Part shown: piece by piece, positions 1 through 4,385 of the stretch
Position numbering within the stretch: position 1 is the first letter of the stretch
How the letters are laid out: each line of letters begins with the position of its first letter
From: a virus
Virus record (IMG/VR): IMGVR_UViG_3300035696_001163
Strand: one strand, 5' to 3'
Length of the DNA stretch: 10,234 nt
Position numbers and translations under genes: made by a program
Notes under the pieces: model-generated
Database searches by the model: none
Seen by the model: the letters and a program-made list of their open reading frames with translations, nothing else
What the model was told of the DNA's origin: nothing

Positions 1-110
1 GCCGGGTGGCAAGTCGCCAAGCAACCGCTCGTCGCCTATGATCATCATTTCAGGCATAAATCCCTTCATCAGAATTGATTCATACATACCGAATACTTCT
101 TTAATGTCCA
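1..110 (-). CDS. Partial CDS. The N-terminal 36 codons read MDIKEVFGMYESILMKGFMPEMMIIGDERLLGDLPPG and the frame stays open to the window start. Hypothetical protein.
   Basis: ATG at 110..108 sits directly after the TAA (113..111) of the upstream minus-strand ORF, giving a TAATG junction. The frame is open to position 1. This ORF is not in the supplied track because it is shorter than 60 aa inside the window. Confidence 0.4.
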
Positions 111-445
111 TTACCACCGCTCCGGCCAGTCGTGCAGGTTCTCTACCGCCTTGACCACCGCCAGCATGTTGCAATCGTAAAATCCCGATGAATTCAGGCA
201 GTTGACCTCGATGATCTTGTATTCCCCGGCGTCCGTCAACCCCACGTCCATCACAAATGCCTCGCACCCGACGCCGGATGGATGATCCGGACGCCGTTCT
301 GCTTGGCGTTGCGGTGTTGCCCGCCATTGCCGCCCGTGCAGAACGTCTGCACCACAAAGTCGCTTTTCGTCAACGAAAACAACAGCCTGCGCTCTTTCAT
401 AACCTGACCGACTTCCAAAACCTTTTGTATGCGCGTCGAATCCAA
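111..445 (-). pseudogene. ATP-grasp-like remnant split across two reading frames. The assignment is tentative.
   Basis: ORF 251..445 reads ..FSLTKSDFVVQTFCTGGNGGQHRNAKQNGVRIIHPASG. It ends at a TGA (253..251) that overlaps a GTG-ATG in the other frame. That second frame continues as MDVGLTDAGEYKIIEVNCLNSSGFYDCNMLAVVKAVENLHDWPERW, ending at 111. The vvQ.f and IEVN..SGF motifs resemble ATP-grasp C-terminal strands, but the expected roughly 60-80 residues between them are missing. The track's longer 111..536 ORF has a junk-like, GC-rich N-terminal part that overlaps the plus-strand paralog gene. Confidence 0.3.
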
Positions 446-632
446 ATGGACCTGTTACGAGGCTGCCGACGACGGCGGCACCACTTGCGAGCGCTTTGCC
501 CGGCTCTCGTGCGGTTGCTCTGTGCCCTTGGTCCAAGACCTAGAAATGGAGCCCGACCTGCCCTGCCCGCTGCACGAAGAGTCCCGCTTCATGGGGCATC
601 CGCCCGCCGTGGGCGAGACCCAACTCTACTGA
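429..632 (+). CDS. Small Cys-rich protein of 67 aa. It is paralog A of a tandem pair sharing a ..LSC.C..P...(14-15)..CPLHEESR.G motif.
   Basis: The ATG at 429 is the first start codon after an in-frame stop at 405-407. The protein motif is conserved with the adjacent ORF while the DNA diverges at synonymous third positions, including a TCC versus AGC serine codon switch. No Shine-Dalgarno sequence is visible. Confidence 0.55.
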   Translation: MRVESKWTCYEAADDGGTTCERFARLSCGCSVPLVQDLEMEPDLPCPLHEESRFMGHPPAVGETQLY

Positions 633-633
633 C

Positions 634-834
634 ATGAGAATCGTCCACATATTCTCGCACATCGAAGACGGCGTGCCCATGCTGTTCGCCCAGCTTTCCT
701 GCGCCTGCGTCTACCCCATCACTTCCGCGATGGTCTTCGACTGCGAAGAGACCGCATGCCCCCTCCACGAGGAGAGCCGTTACACTGGCGTGGCACCAGT
801 CCCCCCGGAGCCCGGCCCCTGCGAGGGCGTGTAA
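634..834 (+). CDS. Small Cys-rich protein of 66 aa. It is paralog B of the tandem pair (FAQLSCAC....CPLHEESRYTG).
   Basis: It starts 1 nt after the stop of paralog A. The motif is conserved with synonymous DNA divergence. No clear Shine-Dalgarno sequence; an alternative internal start lies at M16 (679). Confidence 0.5.
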   Translation: MRIVHIFSHIEDGVPMLFAQLSCACVYPITSAMVFDCEETACPLHEESRYTGVAPVPPEPGPCEGV

Positions 835-837
835 GGT

Positions 838-855
838 AGGCGTGATCTGACGCCT
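838..855 (+). terminator. Perfect 6-bp GC-rich hairpin at the convergence point of the plus-strand gene pair and the minus-strand tRNA array. The stem is AGGCGT/ACGCCT with loop GATCTG. It is a weak candidate terminator.
   Basis: The inverted repeat is visible directly in the sequence. The downstream tract CGTTCT is only moderately T-rich. Confidence 0.25.
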
Positions 856-872
856 CGTTCTAGTCAATGAGC

Positions 873-943
873 AGCCCCCGGTGGGATTCGAACCCACGAC
901 CTTCCCCGCGAAGGGGGACGCTCTACCGCTGAGCTACGGCCCC
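873..943 (-). tRNA. Degenerate tRNA-like gene, an Arg (UCG-like) relative and probably a pseudogene. It has no encoded CCA.
   Basis: Its reverse complement reads GGGGCCG TA GCTC AGCGGTA GAGC G TCCCC CTTCGC GGGGA AGGTC GTGGG TTCGAAT CCCAC CGGGGGC T. The D-arm and T-arm are good and identical to those of the tRNA-Arg(CCG) at 2767-2844. The anticodon loop has only 6 nt, and the acceptor stem carries three G.G mismatches (positions 2-4 against 69-71). Confidence 0.5.
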
Positions 944-1013
944 TAGCTGCGCATTTCAATCTTGCCCTCATTTTGAGCGCAATCGCACTCAAAAAGAGTA
1001 CAACAATCAACTT

Positions 1014-1089
1014 TGGCAGGGGCGGAGAGATTCGAACTCTCAACTTCGGTTTTGGAGACCGCTAGTTTACCAGTTTAGCCTACGCCCCT
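1014..1089 (-). tRNA. tRNA-Trp (anticodon CCA) with CCA encoded.
   Basis: Its reverse complement reads AGGGGCG TA ... CGGT CTCCAAA ACCG ... GAGAG TTCGAAT CTCTC CGCCCCT G CCA. This is close to E. coli tRNA-Trp in its acceptor stem, anticodon loop and T-arm. The D-arm pairing is looser than usual. Confidence 0.85.
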
Positions 1090-1686
1090 AATGTCCACAA
1101 TACCCGCATGAATCTCGTCATGGCAATTGCCGCAAACGAGGACACACTTGTCTAACTCCGCCCTTAACTTTTCCCAAGATCGCGTGCTCCCAGCCCCGCT
1201 AATCGCGAACTCCTTAGTCGCCGGGTCAACGTGGTGAAACTTGAGTGCTCGGATGCACCTGTTATAGCCGCAAATTTGACACTTCCCGCCTTTGTAGTCA
1301 ACCGCTTTTTGCTTCTGCTGTTGACGCCAGTACACGATACGTGTCACATCTTTTTTCGCAGCCGCTTGTTTTCGTCTTAAAGCGTCCGCAGCCTTGCACT
1401 TGATTGAACACCACTTGCGCCCTATCTTGACCGGAGTACCGCATTCATCACATTCGCCTTCCGGCCTTCGCTTTGGATACAGCCGATTGTTGTGCGCGGC
1501 TGCGCATCCGTGGCTACAAAATCGTCTCCGTCTGACAGTGCCGGGCTTTTCAGCCTCTTTCGGTAATATCGCTTTGCCGCAATGCCTACAGCGTGCTGGG
1601 TTCAACAAATACGCAGCGACCGCCGCTTCGTGTTCCTGTTTGCCCTTGATTAAGGCCGCCGCTTGTTTCTTGGGGTAGCGAATCAT
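1075..1686 (-). CDS. HNH homing endonuclease of 203 aa, with N-terminal CxxC zinc-finger-like modules.
   Basis: ATG at 1686. The C-terminus carries a classic HNH motif, CQICGY..LKFHHVDP..N..LVCGNCHDEIH. The last 15 nt including the TAA stop lie inside the 5' part of tRNA-Trp. The conserved 11-mer starts 5 nt upstream of the ATG. Confidence 0.8.
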   Translation of the reverse strand: MIRYPKKQAAALIKGKQEHEAAVAAYLLNPARCRHCGKAILPKEAEKPGTVRRRRFCSHGCAAAHNNRLYPKRRPEGECDECGTPVKIGRKWCSIKCKAADALRRKQAAAKKDVTRIVYWRQQQKQKAVDYKGGKCQICGYNRCIRALKFHHVDPATKEFAISGAGSTRSWEKLRAELDKCVLVCGNCHDEIHAGIVDIRGVG

Positions 1687-1691
1687 GTAGG

Positions 1692-1702
1692 TTTAATACT
1701 GC
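1692..1702 (-). promoter_or_regulatory. Conserved 11-mer GCAGTATTAAA (minus sense) 5 nt upstream of the HNH 1075..1686 ATG. An identical second copy lies at 2547..2557 upstream of HNH 2095..2541.
   Basis: There is an exact 11/11 match at equivalent positions: tRNA 3' end, then about 25-30 nt, then the motif, then 5 nt, then ATG. The two HNH proteins are otherwise unrelated at their N-termini. The AT-rich TATTAAA core looks like a phage -10 box. Confidence 0.45.
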
Positions 1703-1727
1703 AAAACCCAGAAACACTACCCCTTAA

Positions 1728-1817
1728 TGGCTGTGGGGGCAGGACTCGAACCTGCGACGGAGGTTACCCTCTCCCGATTAACAGTCAGGCCCCTGCTACC
1801 AACTCGGGTACCCCACA
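1728..1817 (-). tRNA. 90-nt type-II tRNA with a long variable arm. The scaffold is Tyr-like but the anticodon is GUU (Asn) and the discriminator is G73. CCA is encoded.
   Basis: Its reverse complement reads TGTGGGG TA CCC GAGTTGGTAGCA GGG G CCTGA CTGTTAA TCGGG AGAGGGTAACCTCCGTC GCAGG TTCGAGT CCTGC CCCCACA G CCA. Every stem pairs. The acceptor stem, the CCCGAG D-arm and the 3' CCCCCAC resemble bacterial tRNA-Tyr, but loop position 36 is U, which gives GUU. Confidence 0.75.
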
Positions 1818-1822
1818 AAAAT

Positions 1823-1897
1823 TGGCTGTGATCCTAGGATTCGAACCTAGACCTCCGATCTTAACAGGATCGCGCTCTGCCGTTAAGCTAGATCACA
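1823..1897 (-). tRNA. Canonical 75-nt tRNA-Asn (anticodon GUU) with CCA encoded.
   Basis: Its reverse complement reads TGTGATC TA GCTT AACGGCA GAGC G CGATC CTGTTAA GATCG GAGGT CTAGG TTCGAAT CCTAG GATCACA G CCA. It is a perfect cloverleaf. Confidence 0.9.
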
Positions 1898-2087
1898 ATT
1901 TCGTAAATCCCGCCTTGCAAAAGCCGCAATCGCAGCCCGGCACGTGCACGGTGGAACCCCGCTTCTCGGCCGCCCGCGCCCTCTCCGGGCAAACGCCGGG
2001 GTAGCCTTCCCACCTGTCGCAAGCCTTGCCAATTGGCTTGCCGCATTTCGGACACGGTATCGCAACGAGTTGATCTATCGTCATCAT
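1893..2087 (-). CDS. Possible small zinc-ribbon protein of 64 aa, MMTIDQLVAIPCPKCGKPIGKAC...CDCGFCKAGFTKL.
   Basis: ATG at 2087 lies 7 nt downstream of the stop of HNH gene 2095..2541. CxxC...CxC pairs are present. Its 3' end overlaps tRNA-Asn by 5 nt. The longer track ORF 1893..2324 overlaps the HNH gene and its upstream part is probably not coding. Confidence 0.35.
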   Translation of the reverse strand: MMTIDQLVAIPCPKCGKPIGKACDRWEGYPGVCPERARAAEKRGSTVHVPGCDCGFCKAGFTKL

Positions 2088-2094
2088 AATCTTT

Positions 2095-2541
2095 TCACTT
2101 GCGCTTTTTGAACCCCCAAGTGTCAGTCTGTGTATGGCAATTGGGGCAAACTTTCCACAAGTTCTCTCGACGATTATCCCGCCTATTTCCGTTCCTATGG
2201 TCGATTTGGAACCTAAGCGGTTTGCCATTCCAAATCGGGCCTTGTCCACAAGCTTCACAACGATTTTCAGTTCGGTCATAGTAACGGCGTTTCGCCACAG
2301 TTGTATGCGGCGAACCAAGCGCAAAAACCTGTTCTTCAGGCAACGAAAGCAGCAGTCCAGAGGCGGCGCAACCCAGAAAATGTTCCGTGTTCAATTCCAG
2401 TTTAGCGACCCACCGTTGAACCTGTCCGCTAGTTCGTACGTTGAGCTTACGACAAACTTCCGACCAAGAAAATGAAGTTCGTACAACTTCCGGTAACTCG
2501 GTCAAGTTCCACTTTCTCGGCTTGTGGAGGCCCTTACCCAT
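2095..2541 (-). CDS. HNH homing endonuclease of 148 aa.
   Basis: ATG at 2541. The HNH motif is CEACG..RFQIDHRNGNRRDNRRENLWKVCPNCH. The same 11-mer GCAGTATTAAA lies 5 nt upstream of the ATG. Within the cluster the gene sits directly downstream of a tRNA 3' end, as does HNH 1075..1686. Confidence 0.8.
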   Translation of the reverse strand: MGKGLHKPRKWNLTELPEVVRTSFSWSEVCRKLNVRTSGQVQRWVAKLELNTEHFLGCAASGLLLSLPEEQVFALGSPHTTVAKRRYYDRTENRCEACGQGPIWNGKPLRFQIDHRNGNRRDNRRENLWKVCPNCHTQTDTWGFKKRK

Positions 2542-2589
2542 GCCTATTTAATACTGCTTCCGCACACAAAACAGGCGTTTTACTATTTA

Positions 2590-2675
2590 TGGCTGGGAAG
2601 GAGAGACTTGAACTCTCAATGAGCCGAAGCTCGACGGGGTCAGAGCCCGTTGGGGTTACATTTTCCTACTTCCCA
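2590..2675 (-). tRNA. 86-nt tRNA-like gene of type-II architecture. Anticodon CUG (Gln), discriminator G73, CCA encoded, D-stem almost unpaired. Function is uncertain.
   Basis: Its reverse complement reads TGGGAAG TA GGAAAATGTAACCCC A ACGGG CTCTGAC CCCGT CGAGCTTCGGCTCATT GAGAG TTCAAGT CTCTC CTTCCCA G CCA. The acceptor stem, anticodon stem, T-arm and a 4-5 bp variable stem closed by a TTCG tetraloop are all good. The D-arm offers only 2-3 possible pairs. Confidence 0.5.
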
Positions 2676-2678
2676 AAC

Positions 2679-2756
2679 TGGCACCCACGGCAGGGTTCGA
2701 ACCTGCGACCTCCTGATTCGTAGTCAGGCGCTCTGGTTCCGCTGAGCTACGCGGGC
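2679..2756 (-). tRNA. 78-nt tRNA-Arg (anticodon ACG) with CCA encoded.
   Basis: Its reverse complement reads GCCCGCG TA GCTC AGCGGAACCA GAGC G CCTGA CTACGAA TCAGG AGGTC GCAGG TTCGAAC CCTGC CGTGGGT G CCA. The acceptor stem includes two G.U pairs. Confidence 0.85.
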
Positions 2757-2766
2757 GTAAAATTTA

Positions 2767-2844
2767 TGGCGACCCCGGTGGGATTCGAACCCACGACCTC
2801 TGGTTCCGGAGACCAGCGCTCTAATTCCGCTGAGCTACGGGGTC
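2767..2844 (-). tRNA. 78-nt tRNA-Arg (anticodon CCG) with CCA encoded.
   Basis: Its reverse complement reads GACCCCG TA GCTC AGCGGAATTA GAGC G CTGGT CTCCGGA ACCAG AGGTC GTGGG TTCGAAT CCCAC CGGGGTC G CCA. The anticodon loop matches that of E. coli Arg-CCG. Confidence 0.9.
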
Positions 2845-2857
2845 CCTACACAAAACT

Positions 2858-2934
2858 TGGGGTGAGGGAGGGGACTCGAACCCCCAACTACAGGAGCCAC
2901 AATCCTGCGTTCTACCAATTGAACTACCCTCACC
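2858..2934 (-). tRNA. tRNA-His (anticodon GUG) with a genome-encoded G-1 paired to C73. CCA is encoded.
   Basis: Its reverse complement reads G GTGAGGG TA GTTC AATTGGTA GAAC G CAGGA TTGTGGC TCCTG TAGTT GGGGG TTCGAGT CCCCT CCCTCAC C CCA. The extra 5' G opposite C73 is the hallmark of His. Confidence 0.9.
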
Positions 2935-2954
2935 ATACATCAAACTCTGTCTTC

Positions 2955-2990
2955 GGCAGCGGTAGTCCGCCATCCCCGGCTACCGCTGCC
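2955..2990. other. Perfect 11-bp stem hairpin (GGCAGCGGTAG / CTACCGCTGCC) with a 14-nt loop, about 20 nt upstream (in minus sense) of the tRNA-His 5' end.
   Basis: Inverted repeat read directly from the sequence. No U-tract follows it on the minus strand, so it is not a terminator for the array. It may be a processing or regulatory element. Confidence 0.5.
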
Positions 2991-3081
2991 TCTTGTGCGG
3001 AGCTAAAGATCGCTCGACCAGTTCCGGGTAACTGATCTCTCCGCAGGACGCGGGTGCCCCGCACTATTGTGCGAAAACTCC

Positions 3082-3119
3082 CTAAAAAGCCAAAACCCGC
3101 TAGGCGTTTCGCCAGCGGG
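3082..3119 (-). terminator. Rho-independent terminator closing the upstream minus-strand operon, just before the tRNA array.
   Basis: On the minus strand a GC-rich stem (CCCGCUGGCG / CGCCUAGCGGG with one bulge and an AAA loop) is followed by UUUUGGCUUUUUAG. Confidence 0.55.
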
Positions 3120-3318
3120 TCTGTTCAATCTTGTTTTGGGGTTTATTTCTTAACGACCGCCCCCTCCACCGGAGAACAGACCTTGGCCCGAATGGCGATT
3201 CCGCCACTGCTTTCGGGTCGTCGGATTGGATTTCCTGAATGTCATGTTCTTCCTTCTCTATCAATATACCACGAATTTCACTTTTTGGGTAGTTCGCGGG
3301 GAATTATTTTTAGCGGGC

Positions 3319-3501
3319 CTAAAATTCTATCCTGTGCCCCATCTCCGTCCAGAATGCCAGTGCATTTGGCAGGCAGGCGTTGCATACCCAAATGTACTTC
3401 TCGGTGATATCTCCGTCATCCCCATATCGTATCCACACCTGCCGGTTGGCAGTATTTTGGCATTGAAACTTGCTGTCAGGGTAGAACCAGCATTGGTGCA
3501 T
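3319..3501 (-). CDS. Hypothetical small protein of 60 aa with CxxC-like cysteine pairs.
   Basis: ATG at 3501 lies 7 nt after the stop of the upstream gene. It is the last ORF before the terminator. The Shine-Dalgarno sequence is weak. Confidence 0.4.
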   Translation of the reverse strand: MHQCWFYPDSKFQCQNTANRQVWIRYGDDGDITEKYIWVCNACLPNALAFWTEMGHRIEF

Positions 3502-3508
3502 AAGTGCT

Positions 3509-3928
3509 TTATCTCAAACGTTTTAGCTCGGCTACGAAATCCTCGGGGGCGTGTGCCAGCAAATCGAGCAGCTCCTCAAGCTGCTTGGCGGCGTGCTTGC
3601 GTGCCCCGATGATGCTCCCGGCGTAGCGAAACCCGTCGCCCCTTTCCAGCACCGCCACCGGCTCTCGCAAGAACCCGATGAGCCCAAGGGCTCGGGAGGC
3701 CGTGGCGGCAAACTCCGGGTATTGGCGGACATCAATCCTCGGTGGTTCGGGAATGCCAATCTGGTTGTCACCCTTATGCTCACCGCAGGCCTTGATGCCT
3801 AGCCTGCTCTCGGCGACCGTGCAACCCCAGCCGCAGGCACATTTGCATGACCAGATGTTCTCCCCTGCTTTATTCTGCCCGATGATTCTGATGGCTTCCA
3901 CGTCAAACCTCGTCGATGATCTCCGCAA
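3509..3928 (-). CDS. Hypothetical protein with a CKCACGWGC...C metal-binding-like cluster.
   Basis: The track ORF starts at TTG 3928. A GTG at 3901..3899 lies 1 nt after the upstream TGA (3905..3903) and is the more likely start, giving about 130 aa. Confidence 0.55.
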   Translation of the reverse strand: MRRSSTRFDVEAIRIIGQNKAGENIWSCKCACGWGCTVAESRLGIKACGEHKGDNQIGIPEPPRIDVRQYPEFAATASRALGLIGFLREPVAVLERGDGFRYAGSIIGARKHAAKQLEELLDLLAHAPEDFVAELKRLR

Positions 3929-4385
3929 AGTTGCGGTACACGCGGTACATAAACTCCGGAGGACCTAGCTGTTGCTCGTGCCATGCGCCTAAGATTATCA
4001 TAGCATAAGGATGCTTCAGGTAATAATCCCGGCTCCACTTCATGGACTTCACGTCGTCCTGAATGGGTACGGGAGAAGACCCGTTCAATCGCCAAAGCCC
4101 CGTAAAACTATGCCATTTCCATTTTCTTTCCGGCGCTTTCGACGGCCTCCAGTACATCGCTATCGTTCCTTCGTGGATGAAGAATCTTTCCACGAGAGGA
4201 TGCGTTTGCTGAAACTTGGCAGTAGCCGATTTCTTGTCCGTCGCATCTATGCGTTCCCACACCGTCTTCTCGGCATCCGATAACCATGAAGCGAAGTACG
4301 GGAACACATCACCGTCCAGCGAATAATCGCCTGTTGACTTGGCTTTGCCCTTGCCCACTATTCTTGCTCCATTCTGTGCAACCAA
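3903..4385 (-). CDS. Hypothetical W-rich protein of 160 aa.
   Basis: It is a long ORF with typical operon overlap at both ends and a composition consistent with coding. Confidence 0.6.
   Translation of the reverse strand: MVAQNGARIVGKGKAKSTGDYSLDGDVFPYFASWLSDAEKTVWERIDATDKKSATAKFQQTHPLVERFFIHEGTIAMYWRPSKAPERKWKWHSFTGLWRLNGSSPVPIQDDVKSMKWSRDYYLKHPYAMIILGAWHEQQLGPPEFMYRVYRNFAEIIDEV

Noticed and set aside
257-637. Plus-strand ORF 257..637 (126 aa) and the minus-strand extension of ORF 111..536 beyond about 430.
   Set aside because: These Arg- and Pro-rich translations are typical of wrong-frame reads in GC-rich DNA. They overlap the plus-strand paralog ORF, which shows codon-level conservation, and the better-supported minus-strand frames.
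946-1013. Possible additional tRNA or terminator between the pseudo-tRNA and tRNA-Trp (imperfect inverted repeat TTGAGCGCAATCGCACTCAA).
   Set aside because: No T-loop or acceptor signature is present. The hairpin is a short AT-rich 5-bp stem with no U-tract on the transcribed strand.
1883-2324. Track ORFs 1883..2065 and the upstream part of 1893..2324.
   Set aside because: ORF 1883..2065 is an Arg-rich junk frame. The 5' two-thirds of 1893..2324 overlaps HNH gene 2095..2541 in another frame. Only the short 1893..2087 segment is retained as a low-confidence zinc-ribbon ORF.
1663-3035. Plus-strand ORFs 1663..2004, 2099..2281, 2134..2475, 2472..2723 and 2766..3035 across the tRNA array.
   Set aside because: They run antisense through tRNA genes and HNH genes. 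Their translations are low-complexity and they have no coupling or RBS signals. The tRNA and HNH features on the opposite strand explain the sequence.
2935-3080. Sigma-70-type promoter for the tRNA array upstream of tRNA-His.
   Set aside because: I found no convincing -35/-10 pair with a 16-18 nt spacer on the minus strand. The only TATGGT-like hexamer abuts the tRNA 5' end, so no promoter is called.
3054-3612. Plus-strand ORFs 3054..3407 and 3226..3612 across the terminator and spacer region.
   Set aside because: They cross a terminator hairpin and an AT-rich spacer, have no RBS, and overlap minus-strand gene 3319..3501. They are most likely spurious.
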